A DNA stretch of 64,000 nucleotides from Mobula hypostoma (Eukaryota): the NCBI RefSeq assembly GCF_963921235.1, contig NC_086097.1:3224001-3288000 (forward strand). The letters are read 5' to 3'. Positions 1-12,104 of this stretch are shown here, in pieces. The translations under genes were made by a program, and so were the position numbers. The notes beneath the pieces were generated by a model. The model ran no database searches, was not told where the DNA came from, and saw only the letters and a program-made list of their open reading frames with translations. Numbering within the stretch: the first letter of the stretch is position 1; each line of letters starts with the position of its first letter.

Positions 1-490
1 AGGTTGATGAAAGTGATTCCAGGATTGAATAACTTGTCATATGAAGAGCGCTTGATGGTTCTGGCCTGTATTCACTGGAACTCAGAAGAATGAGGCGTGA
101 CCTAAATTGAAACCTATTGAATGCTGAAAGGCCTTGACAGAGTGGATGTGGAGAGGATGTTTTCTATGGTGGGAGAGTCTAAGACCAGGGGACACAGCCT
201 TAGAATAGAGCGGCATTCTTTTAGAATGTAGATGAGGAGGAATTTCTTTAGCCAGAGAGTGGTGAATCTGTGAATTTCATTGCTACATTCAGTTGTGGAG
301 GCCAAGACTTTATGTATACTTAAGGCAGAGGTTGATAGATTCTTGATCGGTCAGGGCATGAAGTTATATGGGTGGATGGGGGGGAGGGGAAGGCAGGAGA
401 TTGGGGCTGAGAGGAAAATGGATCAGCCATGATGAAATGGCAGAGCACTCCTGATGGGCCAAGTGGCTGAATTCTGCTCCTATATTGTTA
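1..490 (+). mobile_element. CR1 LINE 3' end fragment (RT C-terminus + 3' UTR), decayed
   Basis: Degenerate LYSLE.RRMR.DLIE / RTRGHSL / NFFSQRVVNLWN motifs, followed by the CR1 3' UTR motif ...gggccaagtggctgaattctgctcctat. Confidence 0.85.
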
Positions 491-1359
491 TCGATATCCT
501 ATCTTGTTATCGATGAGGCAGAAATTGAATAAATTAATGATGAAAATGGAAAGAAGGACATTTGCTTCTGGATAGGGTAAATGGCAAAATATACTCTCTT
601 GTTTATTTGCCTGTTTTCCATATTAGAAATTCATTGTATAATTTTGCTGATATGTGATGTGATCATTAGTGGAGAACAAAATGCTATATTATTTCATGAC
701 TGGCCTTTGTTCAAATTAGTTCCTGATAGGGGTTCTTTGGGATTAACTCTGCAAAGTTCACAGCTGGATACGCAGTTTCCTATCAGCAATCTCCTTTTAA
801 ACTAGAAAATGCAGAGCTTTACTATCACTGACCACTCTCAAGAAAAGAAGTAACTTGTCTGAATAGAGTCCTCAGTGTTTCTTTTACGTTACATTTGTGC
901 AAGTGTTAAATTTAGATCAGGACAAGGAAGGATTGCATGTATGTGGATTAGCAGGCTCAAATTCAAGTTTATTGTCGTCTAACTTGACTGTACATAGATA
1001 GAACCAAATGAAACAATGTTCCTCTAGATCATAGTGTACCCACAAAACATATAAGACACACAGCACATAAAACAGAAGTCCTCGTCCTGATGCTCCTTTC
1101 CCTCCTTCCTGACAGTCATGGGTCAGATAGATTGTGGGATGACAAAACAATGCTTTGGTTTCTGCTTGGCTGCAAGAGAAAAGCCTGCCTTATCTCTTGA
1201 TGGTGGCATCAACGTGTTACACACTGAGCATTATAACAACTTTATTAGCTTATGAACACCTTATGATGTCAGTTCACCACCACCTTCTCAAGGGAAACTT
1301 GAATGCCAATTAAAAGTTGGATTAGAGACCATGTCTTGGGTAGGTTCGTTGAATGAACT

Positions 1360-4300
1360 CAGGCCTTTCTTTTTGGAGTAAAGGAAGATGAGAGATAATT
1401 TAATAGAGGTGTATAAGGAGGTACTTCTCCGTGGATTGTCACCTTGTCATGCTTGTGTGGTCCTGTGATCCCGAGAGCAATGCCGTCTGGAGCTATGCTC
1501 CTGGTAGGGTCACCCATGGCGGTAAGGTCGAGGGTGAGGTCCCTGACAAAGAACAATCCAACCAAGACCTCAATGTGGAACAGACGGACAAAGTTACTTC
1601 GAACTCAACGGCTGTGAGGGCGGATGAAGACTGCAACAAATCCATCAGCTTCAATCGTCGTGGTTTCCATGCCATTGGAATCAGTTGGTTGAATTGTGAA
1701 GTATCGTGTGCTTCTTGGAGTGCAACATCAAATACACGCTCTGTGGGCCACTTCTTCAAGTCTTTCTGCAATCAGGGGAGGGCGACGGGAGCAGTCAATA
1801 TGATGGCTGGAAGCTCCTAGTCAAGAACTGGCACAAAAGCGGTGAATACTTGATTCAGTTGATCAACTTTTGGACAGAAGCAGGAAAGTTGTTCGACAGC
1901 AGTATTCACATCTGAGCAACCCTATTTAGGATCCACTCTGCTCACCCTGAACTGGGAAGGGGCTAGAAAAGGTGCCCCAAAAATAGTCTGCTTCACCCTA
2001 TCCTGTCTGGAAAGCCGTGTCCAGAGGGATCACAATCATGTGGTCGAAAAACATCGAGAAGTGAACTTGTGAAATTTGGAAGCTGGAATATATGAAATCT
2101 GATGGATAGCCCAAACTCAGACCGACCAGAGAGGAGAACGGCCCTTGTTGCCCGGGAACTCCAAAAATTCAACTTTGACATTGTTACTCTGAGTGAGACC
2201 CGCAGAGCTGGAGAAGGGCAACTAAAGGAAGAGCAAGGTCAATACACCTTTTTCTGGAAAGAACTTTATCCTGAACAACCGAGGATCCATGGAGTAGGTT
2301 TTGCCATCTGAAACAGCCTACTTCAGAAGCTGACAGAGCAACCACTGGGAATCAACGAACGTCTCATGACTCTGTGAATCCAACTTGTCAAGAACCAACA
2401 CGCCACCATCATCAGCGCCTATGCTCCAATTCTGGACACTGAAGATGAAGTAAGGATGAACTTCTGTGCCCAACTTGACACGTCCTTTCCTCTGTTTCCA
2501 ACAACAACAAGATCATTCTCTTGGGAGACTTCACTGCCAGAGTTGGGAAAGATCATAGGCTCTGGACCGGAATAATAAGCAAGGAAGGAGTTGGCAAGGT
2601 CAACGCCAATGGAATACTCCTCCTCACCAAATGTGCTGAACACAACCTGGTGATTACAAACACCTTATTTCGCCGGAAAAACAGGCACAAAGTCTCCTGG
2701 TAGCATCCACGCTTCAAACGTTGACACCTCATCGACTACATCATCGTACGATCTTGGGATCAACAAGATGTACTGATAACAAGAGCTGTTACTGGTGCTG
2801 ACGAGTGCTGGACAGACCATCGACTCATATAGTCCACCATGAGAATGAAGATTTGGCCCAAAAGGGAACACCAAAATCAGAACACTATTAAGAACTTCAA
2901 TGTTGACATCCTTCAAGACATCAGCCATGTACAGGAGTTCCAACAAAATCTTCAAGAACAACTGCCTCAACAAATCCCACCATCTGTAGAAGAACACTGG
3001 AATCAATTGAAGAATGCTATCATCACATCCTGCAAAGAAACCATTGGTTCAAGATGAAAAAACATCAGGATTGGTTCGATGATAACGACAAACTACTCCA
3101 ACAACTCATCAACTAAAAGAGAAAAACTTTCATCACCTTACACAATGACCAACAATCGGCTACCAAAAGGAAACACTATCAGGAATGCAAGGCTACAGTT
3201 CAGAAGAGCACCCGAAACCTGAAAAACTAATGGTGGAGGAAGAAAGCTCAGGAAATCCAACAACTAGCAGACGCCAACGACACGCGAGCTTTTTTCAACA
3301 CAACTAACGCTATTTTTGGCCCATCCACACACGGTCAAGCCTTTCTCAAAAGCAAAGATGGTTCAACCATCCTGAAGAACAATGCTGACATCAATTCTAG
3401 ATGGAGGGAGCACTTTGAAGACCTTCTAAATCAAACCGTCTCATTTGACGGGAAGGTGATTAACAACATTCCAAAACAACCCGTTGATGACTCCCTAAGC
3501 AAAATACCAACACTTGACGAAGTCAAGGAAGCCATCAAAACCTTGGAAAACAACAAGGCCGCTGGACTCGATGGAATACCAGCTGAGGTCTACAAAATTG
3601 GAAGTAACCCGCTTCATTATCAGCTGCATCAACTTCTCATCAAGATCTGGATAAATGAAGACGTACCAGCAGGCATTAGAGACTCAGCAATCGTTACCAT
3701 CTACAAAAGAAAAGGCAATCGATCTGAATGCGGAAACTATCGTGGAATTTCTCTGTTAGCAACAGCAGAAAAGATCCTCACCTGCATCATGAACTACCAG
3801 CTCAAGCCTTTAGCTGAGAAGATCCTTCCGGAGACACAAGCCGGTGTTAGACCATCAAGTGGAGCAATCGACATGATCTTCACAGTGCGACAACTACAAG
3901 AAAAATGTCGTGAACAACTTCAACCTTTGTACGTGGCATTCACTGACCTCACCAAAGCCTTTGACTTTGACATAGGGAACTCCTATGGGATGTCCTATCC
4001 ACCTATGGATGCCCTGAAAAGTACATTCGAATCCTGAGACTCCTCCACGATGGTATGCTTGCCACAGTCATGGTCAGCAACAGTAACTGTGAGCCTTTTC
4101 AAGTTAGATCAGGAGTAAAACAGGGATGCATGATTGCCCCAACTTTGTTCACCATCTTCAATTGCGACAATCATCATATTATCAAGGACGACCTACGCCC
4201 AGGAATCGAAATTGTCTACCGAATAGATGGCAGACTTTTCAATCTTGCCCATCTCAAATCCAAAACGAAGACATCCACGAGTTCCAATACGCAGATGACA

Positions 4301-5625
4301 ACAGTGTTGCAGCTCTTTCAGAAAACCACCTACAACAGATTCTGACTGCCTTTAACCGTGCATACCACGAAACTTAGACTTACCGTCAATTCCAAGAAGA
4401 CTCAGATCATCTATCAACCGTCACCAATTAAGACAAATCGGATAAAACATCAATTCAACTTGGCGAAATAACCCTGGAAAACATGGACTACTTTCCGTAT
4501 CTTGGAAGTCACCTCTTCTCCAATGTCGACCTTAATGACGAGATCCAACATCGTCTTAAGTGCGCTGGAACAGCTTTTGGATGCCTCCGAACAAGAGTCT
4601 TTCATGATCGTGACATCCGAACAGACACCAAAATGTTAGTGTACAAAGAAGTGGTAATTCCAGTGCTCCTGTATGCATCAGAAACCTGGACAACATACTG
4701 ACGACATCTGAAGGCACTTGAAAAGTTCCATCAACGCTGTTTTCAAAACATCTTAAGTATCAGCTGGGAAGATAGAAGAACCAATGTCAGTGTGCTAAAT
4801 GAAATAAAAACAACAAGCATTGAAGCCTACGTCATCAAGAACCAACTGAGATGGAGCGGTCATGTTGTTCGGATGAAAGACGAACGTCTGCCGAAACAAA
4901 TCTACTCCCAGCTTAAAGAAGGCAGACGTAAAAGAGGCGGACCACAGAAGAGATTCAAAGACGTCTTAAAAGCCAACATGAAGAAATGTAACATCGATAT
5001 CAACAATTGGGAAACCAATGCCAAGGACAGGAAACTCTGGCAAGCCATCAACCGAGAAGGAACAGCAACTTTCGAAGCCAACAGATGTGCAGAATTAGAA
5101 GAAAAGAGAAGAGAATGGAAAGAGAGACAGCAACAGCCAAAGCCCGATCTGTCATCTGGAACTACCTGTCCTGAATGCGGAAGAACTTTCAAAGCCAAGA
5201 TTGGACTCATAAGCCACTTGAGAGCCCATAAGTAGATCAACAGAACGAAGACCATTGTCCTCGACCTCGAGGGATAGCCACGACGACGACGATAAGGAGG
5301 TAAAGGGTGTACACTGAGTGGACAGCCAGCACCTTTTTCCCGGGGCAGCAACGGCTAATGTGAAGGGGCATAATTTTAAGGTGTTGGAGAAAGTATAAGG
5401 AGGGATATTTTACTCAGGGAGTGGTGTGCTTGGAACACACTGGGGAGGTTGTGGTAGAAACAGATACATTAGGAACATATATGAGATTTATTGATAGGAA
5501 CATGGATGAAATAAAAATGGATGGCTAAGTGGGAGGGAAGGTTTAAATTAATAGAGTAGATTAAAAGGTCAGCACAGCATTGTGGTCATAGGGCCTGTAC
5601 TATGCTATAAGGTTCTGTGTTGTCT
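1360..5625 (+). mobile_element. CR1 3' fragment split by the RTE insertion (1360-1423 and 5303-5625)
   Basis: CR1 RT C-terminal sequence (ttggag..aaggaagatgagag..ttaatagaggtgtataag) stops at the RTE TSD and resumes after it, running through to a CR1 3' UTR. Confidence 0.75.
1424..5291 (+). mobile_element. Full-length but inactivated RTE-clade LINE (APE endonuclease, RT, C-terminal C2H2 zinc finger)
   Basis: 11-bp TSD ATAAGGAGGTA at 1413-1423 and 5292-5302; (CGA)n tail. ORF fragments: ERRTALVARELQKFNFDIVTLSETR, GDFTARVG, CGNYRGISLL, AFTDLTKAFD, GVKQGC, QYADD, RWSGHVVRM, CPECGRTFKAKIGLISHLRAH. Many stops and frameshifts. Confidence 0.95.
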
Positions 5626-5861
5626 ATTAGCTTAGCCTGTGAAGCCCACATTCCCCTGAATGGATATGAAATATTATAGTACTCTATATGGGCTATGAGA
5701 CTATTGATTACATTGCCATCACTGAGGTCTTGTCATTACCTAGCTACGAACTACACAAATTTTGAATTATATTTGACTTATGTGATAATATTTTGTTTTA
5801 TGTGCGGTGCGTGGTATGTCTTGTGGGTGCACTGTGGTCTGGGGAACATTGTTTCGTTTGC

Positions 5862-6025
5862 AGCACACACAAATGGCTGGAGGAACTCAGCAAGTCAGAT
5901 ATCATCTGTGGAAATGAATAAAGAGTTGACGTTTCAGGCCGAGACCCTTCTTCGCTACATAATGCTGAGTTCCTCCAGCATTTTGTATGTGCTGCCCCGG
6001 ATTTCCAGCCTCTGCAGAATCTCTT
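5862..6025. mobile_element. Penelope-derived short inverted-repeat element inside a LINE 3' tail
   Basis: gctggaggaactcagca ... tgctgagttcctccagc inverted arms; partial hammerhead-like segment gttgacgtttcaggccgagacccttc. Confidence 0.7.
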
Positions 6026-6228
6026 GTGTTTATGGTTTGTTATTTTGTTTGGGTTGTATATTCTGTATGTACAGTCAGATGACAATAAACTTGGAACTTG
6101 AAGTTAAAAACCAGAATCAGGTTTAAGGAAAAATAAATTTTGTCTGATTCACTACCACTGCTCACCATTTACCATTAATGAGTTTAGAAATAATGAGAAT
6201 GGTTGTTATGTATTTAAATATTTGTACC

Positions 6229-6372
6229 CTGATGCAGGCAGACAGTCTCTGAAGAGTATTGATAATGGCTGGGGTCACCCATCTTGTAAAAAGAAGGCAA
6301 TAGCTAACCACTTTTGTAAAAAAATTTGCCAAGAACAGTCATGGTTAGACATAGCACCTAATGATGATGATG
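6229..6372 (+). mobile_element. RTE-related SINE 3' fragment
   Basis: gaaggcaatagctaaccac resembles the Bov-A/RTE-SINE motif; ends in a (TGA)n tail. Confidence 0.5.
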
Positions 6373-6406
6373 AATTTAGTATAATATGATAACTTTTACT
6401 TTACAG

Positions 6407-6582
6407 GGTCACATGAAAACTTGTTCTCAGCCTTTGCATGAAGATACGTTTGGCGGCCATCTTAAAGTAGGATTAGCACAGATAGCCGCAATGGAAATTT
6501 CCAAAGGGAATCATCGTGATAACAAAGCCGTCATTCGTTACTTGCCGTGGTTATACCATTCTCCTTCCGCGATGCAACAAGG
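6407..6582 (+). CDS. UNC79: UNC79 internal coding exon (GHMKTCSQPLHEDTFGGHLKVGLAQIAAMEISKGNHRDNKAVIRYLPWLYHSPSAMQQG)
   Basis: Acceptor ttttactttacag, donor GG|gtaac; peptide recognised as the conserved vertebrate UNC79 C-terminal region; phase 0 to phase 2. Confidence 0.95.
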
Positions 6583-6823
6583 GTAACACTATGAACTCTA
6601 GCAGTGTTGTGGAATAAACATCTGTCTCTAGAAATCAAAGTATCTTTATATTTAAGATAACATTTATTCTAACTATTCTGATTAAGATTATATTAACACA
6701 TTAAGGAAGCAAATGATAAAAGTGCAGAAAGTATGTGAATTAATATTAAATGCATATCAATCTATGTAAATGTCTGATTGTGCAATTGTGATTAATTTTT
6801 TTTCTTTTTCCAATTTGTTGTAG

Positions 6824-7007
6824 TCCAAAAGAATTTATTGAGTGTGTCTCCCATGTTCGTCTTTTGTCATGGCTGCTACTGGGTTCTCTTAGCCATAGTG
6901 TAGTGTGTTCAGGATCCACGTCATGCATGCCTATTCCTTTGGATGCTGGTTCACATGTTGCTGATCATCTTATAGTTATCTTGCTTGGATTTCCCGAGCA
7001 ATCCAAG
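6824..7007 (+). CDS. UNC79: UNC79 coding exon (PKEFIECVSHVRLLSWLLLGSLSHSVVCSGSTSCMPIPLDAGSHVADHLIVILLGFPEQSK)
   Basis: Acceptor tttgttgtag, donor AAG|gtaatg; first base completes the Gly codon of the previous exon; absent from the ORF track, translated by hand. Confidence 0.95.
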
Positions 7008-7219
7008 GTAATGTGAATGTTTCACAAATTTAGAAAATGCAGTTCCATGGTTTTAAAATTGCAAGATCTGCACTATCTAATAATGTAAAACTGATGCTCT
7101 AAATTTCCATTTTTGGCTTCTATCCTACTAAGTGAATGGCTTTACGATATTTATTCAGAAATTCTGACAGTCCTCTGTCAATTATTTGGTAAGTGGTTAA
7201 CAGAAACAAGTACCTAGAT

Positions 7220-7297
7220 CAGGGGTTTCCAACTTTTTTTATGCTATGGACCCCTACCATTAACCGAGGGTCCATGCACCGCAGTATGGGAACCCCT
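7220..7297. mobile_element. hAT-type MITE (~80 bp)
   Basis: Terminal inverted repeats caggggtttccaa ... tgggaaccccta; related copy at 46123-46202. Confidence 0.65.
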
Positions 7298-7524
7298 AGT
7301 TTAAAGCAAATTCTTCCATTGCAACTGCAGTCTAATTATCTTGATGCTTCATTCAATGCTGGCTAAGTTATAAGATTCTGGAATATATACATCACTCAAT
7401 TCTGTGTGTGTGTAAGTGTACGTAGTCACAAAAATTAAATATTTCACAAATTATTCAAATATCGGTTCATTTCATATCCTTAATAGCTCTGAAGTAATAG
7501 TTATCTGCAATTTAATTAACTAAT

Positions 7525-7730
7525 TGATTTAGAGATACAGCATGGAACAGGCGCTTCCAGCCCAACCAGCCACACTGCCCAGCAACCATCTATGTAACAT
7601 TAGTCTAGTCATGGGACAGATTACAACGACCAATTAACCTATCTTTGGACTGTGGGAGGAAATTGGATCATCCTTACAGACTGCTGGAATTGAACTCTGA
7701 ACTCCAGAATGACTCTAGCTGTAATTATTA
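7525..7730 (-). mobile_element. HE1/V-SINE-like fragment
   Basis: tttggactgtgggagga core; related fragments at ~14660-14720, 35810-36000, 56005-56285 and 63290-63465. Confidence 0.6.
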
Positions 7731-8514
7731 TCAGTTCAGTTATTTATCTAAAAACCATTTATAAGTGTGTCTTATAATAATTCTGTCACCTGTAAGTATC
7801 ACAGTAAGGTTATTATCAATGGTGTAAAAGCACCCATTGAAATTCTGTATGTTATTGATAGTTGTACTGGTCATAGTAATCTAGTCTTTCATTGGAACTT
7901 TAACATTTTTTATAATCCACCTGGATTTCATCTCCACTGGATGCTGCATATAAAATGTGAGAGTAATTTTGCTGTTTTGCTGGTGAAGGTGAAGCAGTGA
8001 TGATAAAAATTCATCCAAATGACTGCTCCGGTATATTTTGCAGGGCAGTTGACCACAAAAAAGAAACATGAGGAAGATTAAACTTAGGACAAAGTAGAAT
8101 GGTTTATAGGTGGCTTCTTATTTAGGTATTTGAAAGTTGATTTTAAATTGGATGTGAGGATATAACTGAACTTTGCAGGGTACAAGTCTTGGCATTCTGA
8201 AATCAAGAAAAATAAGTTTAAGTTTAAAGTTAAGTTCGAATTTAATGGTCATTCAACAATACACATGTAACAGTTAAATGAAATAGTGTTGTTCTCAGGC
8301 CAAGGTGCAGCAAACAGTACATGCAGTCACATAGAGTCACAAAAAGAAATAATAATAATAATAAAAATAATATAAACCAAGTCCCTGAGTGTCATGAGCT
8401 GTAGATTGATAGTGTGTGGGTGTTGCCCTGGAGCCACGTTTCTGCAAGAACATGACCACAGCAGTTTGTCATGTTACAGAGGTGCTGAAAACCTAATCTA
8501 AGAATATGAACTGT

Positions 8515-8660
8515 TCGATGCACTCAGCAGATCAGGCAGCATCTGCTGAAAGAGAAATGGTGTTAATGTTTTCAGTCTGACGCCCTTCATCAGAACAGAA
8601 ACATTGACCCTGTTTTTCTCTTCCCACAGATGCTGAGTGTTGCCAGCATTTTCTGTTTTG
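8515..8660. mobile_element. Degenerate Penelope-derived hairpin with a decayed minus-strand hammerhead
   Basis: cagcatctg ... cagatgctg inverted arms; minus strand reads CTGATGA agggcgtcagact GAAA. Confidence 0.6.
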
Positions 8661-8954
8661 ACTGGTAGTTTTGCATTTGGTTGCAAGTGGCAACACAGGG
8701 GTTAGAAGAGTCAACAACTTTATATTTTGTTTCCTTAGTTTTTGACAATTAAGCTCAAGCATTTGTCAAGAACAGTGGATGGGGGAAGAAAGTGTCGAAG
8801 GCTTACATATGGAAACTGACTGTCTCCTTTTGTGTGCTAGTGATGTGAACCCAAGGTTTATTGTAGATTTCAGCTGTGAGCTGTTACTAAAAATATTCTA
8901 CAAATAGTCAATGCCTTACCACCTACAGTTTAACTATATATATATATATAAAAA

Positions 8955-9492
8955 ACTGCACAGAAGTCTCAGGCACATATATGTAGCTAGGGTGTCTAAG
9001 ACATTAGTTTCGGTATACGAGGGCACCTAAGATTCTTGAACAGTATTGTATTTGTCAACGTGGAGCAGAGAGCAGGTTGGTAAATCTGGTGAGAGCAATG
9101 AATGTTGGGAATGGCAAGCATGGAGTGCCAGGGGAGGGTTGTGTGACAGGTGGTAGAGAGGGAGTGCCGGGGCAGTGAGGGCAGGGGTGTCGTGGGTGCA
9201 GACAAACCCAACCCTTGAGACACCAGGCAAGGTCATTTGATTCCAAACAACTGGTTTATTGATCATTACAGAATGTCTCTCTGTTGCTTTCCGCGCTTTC
9301 CGCTCTCTCCGCTCTCACTGCCTCCTTCCCACTCTCAGTCCACAATAGAGACCCATATCAGAATCAGGTTTATCATCACTCACATATATCATGAAATTTG
9401 TGATTCATACATACAATTACATACAATTACTACAGTATTGTGCTAAAGTCTTAGACACCCTAGCTATATGTGCCTAAAATTTCTGCTCAGTA
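8955..9492. mobile_element. Non-autonomous Tc1-like composite element, copy 1
   Basis: TIR-like ctgtgcaaaagtcttaggcac occurs as a small hairpin at each end; internal ~400 bp shared with 31950-32484. Confidence 0.75.
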
Positions 9493-9727
9493 ATGTAGCT
9501 TGTTGAAATATTCTAATTCAGCTTCAGTTTTCTTCACTAGGAATTCATAATGAAAAACAACTGTTTAAAATCAAGAAAATAAATACCTTCATGTTACCTC
9601 AGAAATATATCAATGTATTTCACAAATAATAAATTAATTTGAAGGATAGCAACTGTTGCGTAGAGAGGCACGTCAACCATTTACAAAACACCAGACTACT
9701 GTAGGTAGCAAAGAAATAGGTGGAAAA

Positions 9728-10185
9728 CAGAACATCAAACAGTACAGCACAGGAACAGGCCCTTTGGCCCACAGTGTGGTGCTGAACCAAATAAATTAGC
9801 CAACTAAAACTAATCCCTTCTGCCTCCACAATGTCCGGACCTCTCCATTTTCCTCATATTCATGTGCCAATCTCAGCGTCTATTAAGAGTTCCTAATGTT
9901 TCTGCCTCTACCAGCACCCCAGGCAGTGCATTCCAGACACCCATCACTCTGTGTGTAAAAATAACTTGCCCCTCACATCTCCTGTGATATTAGTTCACTC
10001 ACCTTAAATGCATGTCCTCTGATATGAGACATTTCAACACTGGATAAAAAGATAGTCTGTGTACTCTGTCTATGCCTCTCATAATCGTATAAACCTCTAT
10101 CAGATCTCCTCTCAGCCTCTAGCACTCCAGAGAAAACAACCCAAGTTTGTCCAACCTTTCGTTATAGCACATGCCCTCCAATCCT
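9728..10185 (-). mobile_element. CR1 3' fragment
   Basis: Reverse-complement CR1 3' UTR (agtacagcacaggaacaggccc) and RT C-terminal motifs. Confidence 0.8.
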
Positions 10186-10744
10186 TGGATTTTCAGAAGG
10201 CCTTTGACAAGGTGCCACACATGAGGCTGCTTAACAAGCTATGACCCCTTGATATTACAGGAAAGATTCTAGCATAGATAAATGGCATGAAGTATTTAAT
10301 GAGCAGAAATGTAACAATGAAACACATCAAATTCTCTGATTAATGAAGAGTACAAAACACTGAAGGTTTGAATTTAATGTATCTTACATAATTTAAAACC
10401 TGTGCCTAGTACTGTTATGGTAACAGGACTTTAGGCTTTGGAAGTGGTCCATTTTATCAGTTTCTGAACAAAGGTAACTACATGGGTCATTTCTGTCTTA
10501 GTTCATTTCTGCTGTAATAATGTGAAAATGCTGCTTCAACCATATTTTCTGCAACTTAAGTGTAATGCAGAGTTATTTTTTAGTAATAACCTTTACAAAG
10601 CCCTTGCATTTTAGTTTTTCTTTAAATAAAGTGAGGAATGCATTATTTTCTGATAAATAGTTTGAGAATGATATAAATGAAGAAGGACTGTTTCTATCTG
10701 ATTCCACTAATCAATGCATACCCTGATGTATAATACTCTATCTG

Positions 10745-11185
10745 AGGAACTAGATTATAGGAAAAAGCTGAATAGGTTAGGGCCTTATCCCTTGGAAGGT
10801 AGGAGAATGTGATAGAGGTATACAACATTATGAGGGGTATAGATAGGGTAAGTGCAAGCAGGCCTTTTCCACTGAGGTTGGGTAGAGACAACAACTAGAG
10901 GTTATGGATTATGAGTGAAAGTTGAAATGTTCAAGGAGAATATGAGGTGGAGCCTCTTTGGTCAGAAGCAGATGAGGGTGTGGAATGGGCTGTCAGCGGG
11001 TGTGGTAGATGCAGGTTTGATTTCAAAATTTAGGAGAAATTTGCATAGGTACATACATGAATATGAGGGGTATGGAGGGCTATGGTCTGGGTGTGGGTCG
11101 ATGGGACTCAACAGATTAATAGTTTGGCATGAGCTGGATGTGCTAGAGGGCCTGTTTCTATTCTGTAGTGTTCTATAACTGACTC
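10745..11185 (+). mobile_element. CR1 3' fragment
   Basis: IEVYNIMRGIDRV / RVWNGL motifs; ends gggcctgtttctattctgtagtgttctat. Confidence 0.8.
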
Positions 11186-11597
11186 TATCTGGTGCATTGA
11201 TCTCAAGATAAGTGCATTGCCAATCAATGCACTGTAATGTAATAGATCTTAATGATTTGGAAAACTTTGAATCAATTAATAAATGGTTTCAGATTCAAAT
11301 AATTCCTCATTTTTGTGTCAATGTTGAAGTGTATTACACTGAAATAGTCTCAAACCTCAGAGTTAGTTAATCTTTCTACAAACGTTTGTAATTTAGCAAG
11401 TTTTCCATTAGTCCTTTGTGTTTGTGCAAATGTTTATAATTACAAATAGCAACAAGTGCACAGAGTTGTGTGAAATCTATGTGCATGTAGTATTTAACAT
11501 GAGAGGAGTGCTGACTGATGTCCAGTGTAACGATCATAAATCAGATGAGAGGAGTGCTGACTGATGTCCAGTGTACATTTTGCTTTTTGTTTTGCAG

Positions 11598-11795
11598 GCC
11601 TCTGTACTGCACATGTGCTCTCTCTTCCATGCGTTTATATTTGCTCAGCTGTGGACAGTCTACTGTGAGCAAGCGGCATCCACCCCACCTCCACAGAGTC
11701 AGAATGAATATGTCTCTACAGCCATTCTAACCGCCCTGGAATTCTGGAGCCGAGTGACTCCGAGTATTTTACAGCTGATGGTTCATAATAAAGTT
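11598..11795 (+). CDS. UNC79: UNC79 coding exon (ASVLHMCSLFHAFIFAQLWTVYCEQ...LEFWSRVTPSILQLMVHNKV)
   Basis: Acceptor tttttgttttgcag, donor GTT|gtgagt; 198 nt, phase 0-0; conserved UNC79 peptide. Confidence 0.95.
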
Positions 11796-12104
11796 GTGAG
11801 TAACCATCAGAATATTTTCACCCTTGTTTGATTTGATATTTATTGCAATGTGTCAAGAAGGTGGCATCCATCATTAAAAACCCCATGACACAGGACATCC
11901 CTCTTCTCATTGATACCAGCAGTGAGGAGGTACAGGAGCCTGAAGACACTCACTCAATATTCCAGAAACAGTTTCTTCCCTTCCTCCATCAGATTTCTGA
12001 ATTGACAATAAATCCATGTACACTACTTAACTAATGTTGCTTTTTTTTTGCACACTACTAATTTAATTATACATATATATTCTTATTGTAAATTGTAGTT
12101 TTTT

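Noticed and set aside
500..1350. Upstream UNC79 exon
   Set aside because: No frame with splice signals gives a peptide I recognise as UNC79; the preceding exon probably lies before the window
1431..1915. ORFs in the RTE 5' region as a separate ORF1
   Set aside because: No recognisable domain; they overlap the structured 5' UTR, and RTE elements normally have one ORF
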